NCBI GenBank assembly: GCA_963815195.1
Contig: CAWFGE010000010.1
Location: 224,001 to 288,000 of the forward strand
Origin: an uncultured Planctomycetaceae bacterium
GTDB lineage: Bacteria; Planctomycetota; Planctomycetia; Planctomycetales; Planctomycetaceae
Length of the DNA: 64,000 bases
Direction: 5' to 3'
In this document: one piece after another, positions 41,702 through 50,997 of the stretch
Layout: the number at the start of each line of letters is the position of its first letter
Position numbering within the stretch: the stretch's first letter is position 1
Notes under the pieces: model-generated
Seen by the model: the letters and a program-made list of their open reading frames with translations, nothing else
The model's database searches: none
What the model was told of the DNA's origin: nothing
Translations under genes and position numbers: made by a program

Positions 41702-42937
41702 CTATTTGCCGTTGAGCGAAGTCAGCGGGCCCACGGCGACGGTCGTGGTTTCGCCCAAGGGGTACGCGTCCAACAGGTCGCGGAAATTCTTGACGGTGAG
41801 GGACTCCACCGCCTTCAGGTCGTCTTCCACGCTGCGGTATTGATGGCGGTAAATCCAGTTCTCGGCGAGCGCATCCCGGCGGCCGCGCGGGCGTTCGCTG
41901 CCCAGCACGATTTGCGAGCAGACTTTGCTCTTGGCCTGGGCGAGTTCCGTTTCGGTGATGCCATTCTTGTTGACATCCTCCAGGATCCTTTGGATCCGCT
42001 CGCGGTTTTCTTCGGTCGAAGCCGGATCGCAGCAGAGATAAACGCCGTAAAACCCGCTGCCTTCAAAATCGTGATGCCAGAGGTTCGCCGCTTCGACATA
42101 ACCCGGATCGACGAGTTCCCAATAAAACCGGCTGCTCACGCTGTCGCCGACGATCACCCAAAGCAACTGCGGGGCTGGCCAGAACGGGCTGGACGCGGAC
42201 GGAGCCGGCGTCAAGGACAGCACGTGCTGCTGGAAGGCGTGCTCTTGCGGGATGACGGTCACGCCGCCCTTCGGCTTCGCTTCGCGGGTGTCGCGTTCGA
42301 GCGTTCCCGCGGGCCAGGCGGCACAATGTTTCTCGGCGAGGCGGAGGATCTCGTCCCAATCCGTGTTGCCCGCCACCGCGAGCACGATGTTCCCGGCTTT
42401 GTAATGCGCATCGTGATAGGTTCGCATCTGCTCCACGCGGAGCGCGGAGATGCTTTCGGTCGTGCCCAGGATCAGCCGTTCCAAAGGATGGCCGCCGAAG
42501 TGCTCGGTCATGGCCCGCTCGTAGGCCACCCAAAAGATTTGGTCCTTCGACATCGCGATTTCTTCGAGGATGACTTTTTTCTCCAGATCGAAATCCGACT
42601 CGCGAAGCGCGGGCGTTAATAGCACCGACAATAGTTCAAACGCTTCCGGCAGATACTCCGGCAGGACGGCGGTGTGGAACGTGGTGACTTCCTCGCTGGT
42701 CGAGGCGTTGCTGTCCGCCCCGATTTCGTCGAACTTGCGGTTGATGTCGTCGGCGGTGTAGATCTCGTTGCCTTTGAAGGCCATGTGCTCCAGAAAATGG
42801 CTCACGCCGTTGACCTCGGCGGTCTCGTCGCGGGAGCCGGTCCGCACGGCGAACTCCAAGGCCACGCTGTAAACCTGCGGGTTGAGTTCGGCGATTACGG
42901 TCAGGCCGTTGTCGAGTTGGGCTTTATGAAAATTCAC
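41702..42937 (-). CDS. M16B zinc peptidase, catalytic subunit
   Basis: GSRDE...GVSHFLEHMAFKG (HxxEH), NASTS, EKKVILEE. Confidence 0.92.
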   Translation of the reverse strand: MNFHKAQLDNGLTVIAELNPQVYSVALEFAVRTGSRDETAEVNGVSHFLEHMAFKGNEIYTADDINRKFDEIGADSNASTSEEVTTFHTAVLPEYLPEAFELLSVLLTPALRESDFDLEKKVILEEIAMSKDQIFWVAYERAMTEHFGGHPLERLILGTTESISALRVEQMRTYHDAHYKAGNIVLAVAGNTDWDEILRLAEKHCAAWPAGTLERDTREAKPKGGVTVIPQEHAFQQHVLSLTPAPSASSPFWPAPQLLWVIVGDSVSSRFYWELVDPGYVEAANLWHHDFEGSGFYGVYLCCDPASTEENRERIQRILEDVNKNGITETELAQAKSKVCSQIVLGSERPRGRRDALAENWIYRHQYRSVEDDLKAVESLTVKNFRDLLDAYPLGETTTVAVGPLTSLNGK

Positions 42938-44171
42938 GGGGGATCTCCAGCGGTTGGGGGCCGATCGTCAGCACGGTCAAGTCGGAGAGGGGATGCTCGT
43001 CCAAATACTTTTGGATGGACGCCACGGTGAGGCCGTCGATTTTGGCTTTGACCTCGTCGAGCGTGAGCACGCGCTCCAGATGATGCCAATGCGTTGCGAT
43101 CGAACGGGTGCGGGCCCGGGTGGATTCCTGCTGCATGATGAGCGAGCTTTTCGCGGACGCCTTGCAGCGGTGTAGTTCCTCCTCGGTGATGCCGCCTTCC
43201 AGCTTGCGGATTTCTTCGAGTGTGACGTTCAGCGTTTCCTGGGCGCGGTCGTTGGTGGTGCCGGCGTAGCAGATCATTCGGCCTTCGTGCTTGAAGCCGC
43301 TGAGCGACGCCGAGACCGCATAGCATAGGGCGCGTTTTTCGCGGACCTCCGAAAACAGCCGGCTGCTCATGCCCTGCCCCAAGACCGAAGCCGCCGCCCA
43401 CGCCGCGTAGTATCCGGGATCGGAAAAGGTCGGCCCCCAATAGGCGATGCCGATGTGCGTTTGCTCGGACTTGTGCATGACGTGATCGTGACTCGGCCCG
43501 CCGGGCGAGGTGTCGAACGTCGGCTCCGGCTTAGGAGCCCATTCTCCGAAACACTTTTGCACTTTGGCCTTGATCTCTTCGTAATCGACGTTGCCCGCGA
43601 TGGCGAGAATCGTGCCGCTCGGCCGGACGCAGCGGTCGTAATGTTCCCGCACCGACTCCGCCGAGATCAAAGGCAAGTCGGCGAGCGTGCCATCGGGCGG
43701 CAATCCCCACGGGGCTTCGTAACACCGGCGTTGCAGTTCCGGGATGATTTTTTGCTGCGGCTCGTCTTCGACCGCCCGCAGCGATTGCGTCACGCCCATC
43801 CGGACCGCCTCGAACTGGTCGGCCGGCAAATGCGGCCTCAGCAAGATGTCGGCATAGATGTCCAATGCCTGCGGCAAGTTCGCCGCGAGCATCGCCCCGC
43901 TCAAGGTGAGGAAGGAATTGTTAGGCGACTCGCTGCCTTGAACCCCCAAGCCATCGAGTGCTGCGATCAACTCCCGGCTGTCGCGCTCGCCCGCGCCGCG
44001 GGTGATGAGGTCGCTCAAAATCGCCGCCGTCCCGTTGTGGCCGAGCGGTTCGTAATTGCTGCCGGCCGGCACCAGAAGCGAAAACGCGGCGGACTTGACG
44101 CTGGTCATCGTCTCGACCAATAGCGTCAGCCCGTTCTCCAAGGTGTGGGCGTAAATATGTTGTTCCTGCAT
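42924..44171 (-). CDS. M16B peptidase, non-catalytic partner subunit
   Basis: M16 fold without HxxEH; GMSSRLFSEVREKRALCY; overlaps the catalytic subunit gene. Confidence 0.9.
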   Translation of the reverse strand: MQEQHIYAHTLENGLTLLVETMTSVKSAAFSLLVPAGSNYEPLGHNGTAAILSDLITRGAGERDSRELIAALDGLGVQGSESPNNSFLTLSGAMLAANLPQALDIYADILLRPHLPADQFEAVRMGVTQSLRAVEDEPQQKIIPELQRRCYEAPWGLPPDGTLADLPLISAESVREHYDRCVRPSGTILAIAGNVDYEEIKAKVQKCFGEWAPKPEPTFDTSPGGPSHDHVMHKSEQTHIGIAYWGPTFSDPGYYAAWAAASVLGQGMSSRLFSEVREKRALCYAVSASLSGFKHEGRMICYAGTTNDRAQETLNVTLEEIRKLEGGITEEELHRCKASAKSSLIMQQESTRARTRSIATHWHHLERVLTLDEVKAKIDGLTVASIQKYLDEHPLSDLTVLTIGPQPLEIPREFS

Positions 44172-44252
44172 TCTGTCTCCGTTCCATTGAGAACCGGTCC
44201 TCCCTCACGAGGATCTTGGGCGTCAGCGCGCTCGCTGCTTGATCTATGGTAA

Positions 44253-44411
44253 CTCAAACTGTAAGCGTTTGGGTGGCTGGGGCGCAAATCCCCTTCGGAA
44301 TAAGGCTTGAACTAAGAATGCTGGGGCAGTGCGGGGCGAGAAAAATCTCACACGGCCCCAGGCCTCAAATCTGCTTTTTCCTTGGAACATTCCTTTGCGC
44401 CCCAGCCACCC
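44253..44411. repeat. Single, inverted, diverged copy of the 142-bp element of 13772-14410
   Basis: CTCAAACTGTAAG then TIR GGGTGGCTGGGGCGCAA (44271) ... TTGCGCCCCAGCCACCC (44411); interior is the reverse complement of the 13772 unit with several substitutions. Confidence 0.92.
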
Positions 44412-44500
44412 TGCCGGTCCGCCGCCAGTCCTAAGTATTGATGATGTTTCGGACGCTGGCAAGGTCGCTCATTGGCGGGCTGGTCAAAGGGCGGATTTTC

Positions 44501-44569
44501 GCCGCGAAGCGGCGACAGCGAACTTAAGAATTCAAAACAACCAATGTGTTGCTAGCGCCGCTTCGCGGC
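44501..44569. repeat. REP-like doublet (GCCGCGAAGCGGC family)
   Basis: GCCGCGAAGCGGCG / CGCCGCTTCGCGGC. Confidence 0.75.
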
Positions 44570-44593
44570 TTCACATAATGCGCGATTTTGGAT

Positions 44594-44798
44594 CTTTCAA
44601 GAGCCGCGCACGAAGTAAGCGGTTTTCAAGGATTCACACAATGCAAAACCGCTTTGGCTTTCAAGAGCCGCGCACGAAGTAAGCGGTTTTCAAGGATTCA
44701 CACAATGCAAAACCGCTTTGGCTTTCAAGAGCCGCGCACGAAGTAAGCGGTTTTCAAGGATTCACACAATGCAAAACCGCTTACTTCGTGCGCGGCTC
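44594..44798. repeat. Three tandem 64-bp units, the last closing into a perfect 26-bp hairpin
   Basis: GAGCCGCGCACGAAGTAAGCGGTTTT at 44601, 44665 and 44729; full reverse complement only at 44773-44798. Confidence 0.92.
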
Positions 44799-44837
44799 AG
44801 GCCTTTTAGGAACTCCTGAAATTCATAAGATCGTTCT

Positions 44838-47800
44838 TCACTGCGTCTTTGGACTTTCCTCGATGCTGCGTGATTCTTTGAAAGGCCGGGGCGACGTGAG
44901 TTGGGCGGGCGGGAACTCGGCCCATTCGGGGTTGGCCAAGAGCAGATGCCGGCGGCCCACGGCTTTGGGATCGAGGATCGTCAATTTCCGGGCCGAAAGG
45001 GCGTCTTCGATCGTCCGCCAATAGAGTTCCGTGGCCGTCAGTTCCGGCTGCTCGCGGAAGACCGGCTGCAAACTTTGAAACCGCTTCGCTTCGCCCCGGG
45101 CGGCTTCGCGCTTCGCGGCCGCATTGGCGTTCGCTTGCAACAGCACGCCCGCCGCTTCGCCCGCGAGGAACACCAATCGCGGCCCGTCTTTCTCCGGTTG
45201 CGATTGGGCGATGCGTTTCCAATCCGCATCAGTGAGAGGCGGAGTGTTCTCGGCCGCGGATTCGAAATCCATTCCCAAAACCTTTTGCAATTCCGCGAGT
45301 GCGCGCGGGCCGGCGACACCAAGCAAGCGGGACGCCGCCGCGGCTTGGGCTTCGTTGATTTGCTGCTCCTTCTCTTCCAAAGCGTTGGCGACATCGCGGT
45401 AAGCCGGCACGACGCCTCGGGGCGGATGGACTTCGATCAAACGCACCGCCACGATTTCCAATCCCAACCGCAACGTCTCCGCCCGCCGACGGAGCCGAGC
45501 TAAGGATTGCTCTTCGATCTTCGCCCGGCCGACGGTGAGCATTTCATCCAAGGACGTTTTTGCCGCCAGCGTTCGCAGGGTCTGTCCGGTCACGGCTCGC
45601 AGCGATTCTTCCGGGCTTCTGTTGCCGAAGGCAAACTGGTGCAAGTCCGCGATCCGGTAATGCACCTCGGCCGTCAGTTCGACGGGGACTTCCTCGGCCG
45701 TCAACACCAGCGCCTCTTCGGGGATCGGCTCTTCGCCCGTTTTTTCGTGGGGGCTTGTCCAATCGATGACCAGAGCCCGCGGCTGATCTTCGGAAAGCGA
45801 GTTTCGGCGAAAGCCAAAGGTCAGCGTGCGGAGGCGATCGGTCTTTTCGCGATAGATCCGCTCAAACGGAGCGGGCCAGCGCCAATGCCAGCCGGCTGCG
45901 AGCTCGGCGTGGCTTTTGCCGAACCGCGTGACGATCGCCCGCTCGTCGTGCGTGAGGAACACGAGGTTTGAAAGCAGCCACCAACAGGCCACTCCCGCCG
46001 CCGCCAACCGCAAGAGCACATTCCAATGGTCGACGAAGCGGTACACCCACCGCGTGGGCGAGAAGGCCGCCGTCAGCCATTCCGCCGAGGCGTTCATAAA
46101 GTTCGCAAGCCGGCCGGTGCGGCTGGCCGGTGTAGGCTCAAACCACAACAGCCGAAGGGCGTTCAGCATCACCGCCAGCGAACCGAGTTCATGAAACACG
46201 GCCCCCACGACGGGACTGAAGACCCCCACCGCGCACAGCAACATGCCCAGTCCGTTGAGGCCGAACGCGAACAGGAAGATGCTCTGGCGAATGTTTTGAA
46301 CCATGGCCCGCGAGAGCCGCACGAGTCCCGGCAGCGGTTTGAGTTGGCCGCCCAAGAACACCAGATCGCCCGCCTCGGCCGCGAGGTCCCCGCCGCGCTG
46401 GGAGACGGCGATGCCCACGTCCGCCGCCGCGAGTGCCGGGGCATCGTTGATGCCGTCGCCCACCATTGCCAGCTTGGTCCCGCCGCGTTGATGCTCCGCG
46501 ACCCAACGGGCTTTGTCGGCCGGCAGAAGTTCCGCATGTGTTTGATCGAGCCACCCCAACGATTGGGCGACGGCAAGAGCCGCCGGTTCGCGGTCGCCGG
46601 TGAGCAGCACCGTTTCCCGCACGCCCAGGCGTTTGAGGTGCATCAACACATCGCGGGCTTCTTCGCGGACCGCATCCTTAACGCCGACCGCGCCCAACAA
46701 TGTTCCACCCACCGCGAGAAACAACCCCGTTTCGCCGGCTTGATCGAACTCCGCGAGCGTTTGCCGGCCGGCGTCTGCATCGCTCACGCCTTGCTCGGTC
46801 AGCCAGCGCAAGTTCCCCACACAAACTGCGATTTCCTTCGCTTCCGAAAGCAACGATGAACTTTCCGCCCAGGCTTGCCGAAGCGCTTCGGTCGAGATCA
46901 TCGAGGACACGCCGCCGCCCGCTGTCGCTGAGAAGTTGTGCACCGCGGGCAATGTCCAATGGCGTTCGTCACGAAGGCGGTCAAACGGCCGGGCCAGCGG
47001 GTGTTCGCTTTGCTGCTCGGCCGCCGCCATCAGGAACAGCAGAAACTCTTCGGGGCATTCGTTGTTTACGGATCGCACCGTGCCGAGTTCCATTTCGCCG
47101 CGGGTGAGCGTGCCGGTCTTGTCGAAGGCGAAGGCGTCGATCTTCGCCAGGCGTTCGAGGGCATCGGAACCTTTGACGACAATCCCCGCCCGCGCGAGCC
47201 AGGCGAGCGCTGCCATCACCGCGGTCGGCGTCGCCAGCACCAACGCGCACGGGCACGCCACGACCAACACGCCCAGCGTGGGCTGCCAGCCGGCGTTCCG
47301 ATCGCCGGTGATCGCCCACCAACTGAGAAACGTGGCGAGAGCCGCGGCCAGCACGATCGGCAAGAAGAATTTCGCCAGCCGGTCGGCCGTGCGTTCGGTG
47401 GGCGTTTTCGTGCGGGACGCCTCGGCCACCGTTTCGGTGACTTGCCCCAAGAGCGTTTCCTGCCCCGTCCGCACGACCGAAAACGTGATCGCCCCGAACT
47501 GGTTCAGCGTGCCCGCGAAGACTTCATCGCCCGCGGATTTTTCCACCGGCCCGCTTTCGCCGGTGAGCGCGCTTTGATCGATGCTCGAAGAGCCTTCCAA
47601 GACCCGGCCGTCGGCGGGCAGGCGTTCGCCGGGCCGAACGATCACGGCATCGCCGGCGGCGAGTTGCGACAGCGGGCATTCGATTTCCCTGCCGTCTTTT
47701 TGAATGCGGGCGATGGGCGGATAGAGATCGAACACCTTGCGAATGGCCGCGTGCGCGCGGTCGATCGTGTAGCGCTCCACGCATTCGCCGGTCAATGTAA

Positions 47801-48152
47801 TGAACACCACGAGAGCGGCGGTCATCGCTTCGCCCAACCACACCGCGGCGGCGAAGGCGATCGTGAGCGCCAATCCCGCACCCACCCGGCCCGAGAGCAA
47901 ATCGTCCAGCGTGTGATACAAAATCCGCGACCCGCCCAGGACCGCCGCCAACAGCGCCCAGCGGTAGCCGAAGTATGTTGCGGAAAAAACCCCGGTGACG
48001 CTGGCGAAAACATCCACCAACAGGAGACCGCCCACGGCGAGCGTCAGCAAATACAGCGGGGCCGACTCGTAATGCACGCTTCGGCGCTTCGCCGTTTGCG
48101 CAGAGGAATCCGCGGGTAAAAACTCACGCGAGGATTCCGGGACATAATGCAT
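44838..48152 (-). CDS. P1B-type heavy-metal ATPase fused to C-terminal SPFH/HflK-like domain (1104 aa)
   Basis: TGES, CPCALVLATP, DKTGTLT, HP, GDGINDAPAL, HELGS; then TM, ERAIVTRFGK...GWHWRWPAPFE, VHYRIAD, VHPPRGVVPAYRDV, ARGEAKRF; single uninterrupted ORF. Confidence 0.9.
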   Translation of the reverse strand: MHYVPESSREFLPADSSAQTAKRRSVHYESAPLYLLTLAVGGLLLVDVFASVTGVFSATYFGYRWALLAAVLGGSRILYHTLDDLLSGRVGAGLALTIAFAAAVWLGEAMTAALVVFITLTGECVERYTIDRAHAAIRKVFDLYPPIARIQKDGREIECPLSQLAAGDAVIVRPGERLPADGRVLEGSSSIDQSALTGESGPVEKSAGDEVFAGTLNQFGAITFSVVRTGQETLLGQVTETVAEASRTKTPTERTADRLAKFFLPIVLAAALATFLSWWAITGDRNAGWQPTLGVLVVACPCALVLATPTAVMAALAWLARAGIVVKGSDALERLAKIDAFAFDKTGTLTRGEMELGTVRSVNNECPEEFLLFLMAAAEQQSEHPLARPFDRLRDERHWTLPAVHNFSATAGGGVSSMISTEALRQAWAESSSLLSEAKEIAVCVGNLRWLTEQGVSDADAGRQTLAEFDQAGETGLFLAVGGTLLGAVGVKDAVREEARDVLMHLKRLGVRETVLLTGDREPAALAVAQSLGWLDQTHAELLPADKARWVAEHQRGGTKLAMVGDGINDAPALAAADVGIAVSQRGGDLAAEAGDLVFLGGQLKPLPGLVRLSRAMVQNIRQSIFLFAFGLNGLGMLLCAVGVFSPVVGAVFHELGSLAVMLNALRLLWFEPTPASRTGRLANFMNASAEWLTAAFSPTRWVYRFVDHWNVLLRLAAAGVACWWLLSNLVFLTHDERAIVTRFGKSHAELAAGWHWRWPAPFERIYREKTDRLRTLTFGFRRNSLSEDQPRALVIDWTSPHEKTGEEPIPEEALVLTAEEVPVELTAEVHYRIADLHQFAFGNRSPEESLRAVTGQTLRTLAAKTSLDEMLTVGRAKIEEQSLARLRRRAETLRLGLEIVAVRLIEVHPPRGVVPAYRDVANALEEKEQQINEAQAAAASRLLGVAGPRALAELQKVLGMDFESAAENTPPLTDADWKRIAQSQPEKDGPRLVFLAGEAAGVLLQANANAAAKREAARGEAKRFQSLQPVFREQPELTATELYWRTIEDALSARKLTILDPKAVGRRHLLLANPEWAEFPPAQLTSPRPFKESRSIEESPKTQ

Positions 48153-48179
48153 GGAAAGTCGGAACAGGAAGAGTTAGGG

Positions 48180-48420
48180 AACCACGAATGACACGAATAA
48201 ACCCCCTTGGTGCAAATCAAAGGCAGATTACGATCAGGATTCACTCAAACGGTAAAGACTTTAACCACGAAACACACGAATGACACGAAAAACAGCCAGA
48301 ATTCTCTGAAAATCTTCTGCCTTTCGTGTGATTCGTGTGTTTCGTGGTTCATCCTCTTACAGTTTGAGGATTACGAGGCACGGTGCCGATGCGTCTTGCG
48401 ATTCCGTGCATTTCGTGGTC
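48180..48420. repeat. Nested palindromic cassette (ACCACGAA family with CTCAAACKGTAA ends)
   Basis: CTCAAACGGTAA (48244-48255) / TTACAGTTTGAG (48357-48368) bracket AACCACGAAACACACGAAT / ATTCGTGTGTTTCGTGGTT; similar degenerate arms outside at 48180-48198 and 48402-48420. Confidence 0.8.
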
Positions 48421-48433
48421 GACATTTTCTTTC

Positions 48434-49371
48434 TTAAATGCCGGTTTGGAGTTGGCGGAGTTCGCGGGGCAGGGGGAACGTCACGTGCTCTTCGCGGATG
48501 GTCGCTTCGCGGACCGTGGCGCCGTAATTCTCCGTGAGGAAATCGACGCACTCCTGGACCACGACTTCCGGGCGCTCGCGCCGGCGGTGATCAAAACGGT
48601 GTTTACGCCCTCGAGCCATTTCTGGCGAAGCTCGTGAGCCCCGTCGATCAAATAGGCCGGCTTGCCCAAGTCCATGCCGATCTCCTGCAGCCGCCGGCTG
48701 TTGGAGCTGTTCTGGCTGCCCAGGACGATCACCAGGTCGGCCTGCGACGCCAACTCGGCCACCGCTTCCTGGCGGTTCGTCGTCGCGTAGCAAATATCCT
48801 CCTTGGGAGGCCGGGCGATGTGCGGAAAGCGGGTTTTAAGGGCCTCGATCACCAGGTTTGCCTCGCCTACGCTGAGCGTCGTCTGCGTGAGATAGGCGAT
48901 TTTGTCGTCCGGTCCGAAGGGCAGCTCCGCGACCTCTTCGGGCGTTTCCACGAGGGTGATGCTCTCCGGGGCTTCGCCCATCGTGCCGATGACCTCGTCG
49001 TGCCCATCATGGCCGATGAGGATAATGTGATACCCGCCGCGGGCAAAGCGAATCGCTTCCAGATGCACCTTGGTCACGAGCGGGCAGGTGGCGTCGATCG
49101 TTTGCAGCTTGCGGGCCTTGGCCTGGTCGCGGACTTCAGGCGAAACGCCGTGGGCGCTATACAGCAGGATCGAGCCTTCGGGGGCCTCGTCGATGGAATC
49201 GATGAAGGTCACGCCCTGTTTGGTGAAGCGCTCGACCACGTATTTGTTGTGGACGATTTCGTGATAGACGTACACGTCGGAGCCGAACATGCGGATCGTC
49301 TCATCCAGACAATCGATGGCCATGTTCACGCCCGCGCAAAAGCCGCGCGGATTGGCTAACAGAATTTCCAT
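48434..49371 (-). CDS. ispH: 4-hydroxy-3-methylbut-2-enyl diphosphate reductase, frameshift near 48575
   Basis: PRGFCAGV, HEIVHN, SAHG, DATCPLV, QTTL, DICYATTNRQ, SSNS, TAGASA, then PEVVVQEC...EEHVTFPLP. Confidence 0.95.
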
Positions 49372-49626
49372 CGTGGATTACTTTCTAGCGGGCCGAGGAC
49401 AACCGAGGCGGAAAACCAACCCGCGCGCTGCCAACGAATCGGCCCCTGGATCCCTAGGGTGATTTGCTTCCAACGTTTCCAACATCGAGGAAACCGCAAC
49501 AAGCCGAATTGTATATTGTATCACGCAAAATAGTCCCGCGTCATGGTTTAAGAGCGATCGGGAAAAAACTTTCCACGATCAACCGAAACTCGCAGGCCTG
49601 CCTCCGGTCGCTTGTTCGACGGAATC

Positions 49627-49650
49627 GGGGCTAGCGCCCTGCGGCTAATG
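49627..49650. repeat. Single arm of the GGCTAGCGCCCTGCGGCTAAT family
   Basis: Identical 21-nt core to 18037 and 24296. Confidence 0.7.
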
Positions 49651-49681
49651 AATGGGAAATCACGGGCGGCCCCGGCGACTT

Positions 49682-50551
49682 TCACGCGGCGCGTTTGCCG
49701 GGGCGGTTTGATTCCGGGGCGGGCGGTTGGATTGGGGCCAGGGCTTGGGCGAGTTTTTTCTTGTTGCGGCCGGCGTGGTTGAGGAGATCCAGAAACCACG
49801 GGGCAAAGCGTTTGGTCTGATAGAGCACGTGGGCCAAAGGGGTCAGCAGCACCAGCCGGCGATTTTTGCGGATGGCTTTGATGGCCCGATCCGCGACGCG
49901 GTCTTCGGTCGTGCAGATCCAGCGGGGAGGTTCGGGGGCGGGTTTGGCCTTCTCGCCGGTTTGCGCGGATTGATACAGCTTCGTCCGCACCGGTCCCGGA
50001 CACAGGGCCGTCACCCCGATGCCCTTGCGGCCGTATTCCGCGCGGAGGGCTTCGCTGAAACCCACGAGTCCGAACTTGCTTACGTGATACGCCGCGAACC
50101 GGCCGCCGGCGACCAGTCCCGCGATGCTGCACACGTTCAAGATGTGCGCTTCCGGGCGGTCCATCAGCACCGGTAAGAGCTCCCGCGTGAGTTGGATCGG
50201 CGCGTGCAGGTTGATCGCGAGCAGCCAATTCCATTGCTCGGCGGTCATTTTGTGCGTCGGGCCATAGTAGGCGACGCCCGCGTTGTTGATGAGAATATCC
50301 ACGTGCCGCCAACGCACCAGGACATCGCGGACCGCGGCGGTGATCTCGTCGGGCTTCGCCAGGTCGCAGCGCCGGCCGAGGGCTTTGACTTTGAGAGCCG
50401 TGACCTCAGCCACGACGTCCTCCAGTCCCGCCTGGTCCACATCGAGCAAAAACAGGTCGGCCCCTTCGCGGGCCAATGCCACGGCCAGAGCCCGGCCAAT
50501 ACCCGAAGCGGCCCCCGTGATCAGGGCCCGTTTTCCGCGGATCGATTTCAT
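49682..50551 (-). CDS. Short-chain dehydrogenase/reductase
   Basis: TGAASGIG, NNAG, YHVSK (YxxxK), CPG. Confidence 0.93.
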   Translation of the reverse strand: MKSIRGKRALITGAASGIGRALAVALAREGADLFLLDVDQAGLEDVVAEVTALKVKALGRRCDLAKPDEITAAVRDVLVRWRHVDILINNAGVAYYGPTHKMTAEQWNWLLAINLHAPIQLTRELLPVLMDRPEAHILNVCSIAGLVAGGRFAAYHVSKFGLVGFSEALRAEYGRKGIGVTALCPGPVRTKLYQSAQTGEKAKPAPEPPRWICTTEDRVADRAIKAIRKNRRLVLLTPLAHVLYQTKRFAPWFLDLLNHAGRNKKKLAQALAPIQPPAPESNRPGKRAA

Positions 50552-50618
50552 CTGGCAAACTCCCGTCGGTTGGCTTGGTGAGCGCTCTTGGTGCGGCGCG
50601 TTTTCATTCCGGCTGCAT

Positions 50619-50810
50619 CTATGGCTTGTATTCGGAACCGTCGAGATTGAGTGGAGGCAGACCCTCCTTTTTGCGGCCGAGATTCGGGTTATTAAACCCG
50701 TATCCCGCCCGCCAAAGTCGATCGATGTCCGTGTCCTTCTTCCGGTCCGTCGTGCACCCCGAAAGGATCACGAGCAAGAACGGAAGCAGCCAGCGGGTTT
50801 TGGGAGCCAT
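50619..50810 (-). CDS. Small lipoprotein (63 aa)
   Basis: AAGGA RBS; MAPKTRWLLPFLLVILSGC lipobox. Confidence 0.7.
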   Translation of the reverse strand: MAPKTRWLLPFLLVILSGCTTDRKKDTDIDRLWRAGYGFNNPNLGRKKEGLPPLNLDGSEYKP

Positions 50811-50997
50811 TCGGAAATCCTTTCGCGATCGAACGAATTCCGGCACCGACCGCCATGCGCAAGGGGACTTGCGGTGCATGGCAGCCGATGGGCTCTCAAA
50901 CGGTCGAGGCTTTTGATGCAGTCTGATACCCGGAACGTCGGCGCGGAGTGTACCTGAAAGGGCGACACCAAGCCAAGACGGGTTTCAGAGCCAGCGG

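Noticed and set aside
44594..44798. Mini CRISPR array (period 64 bp, palindromic)
   Set aside because: The would-be spacers are identical in all three units and the last unit closes into a REP-type hairpin
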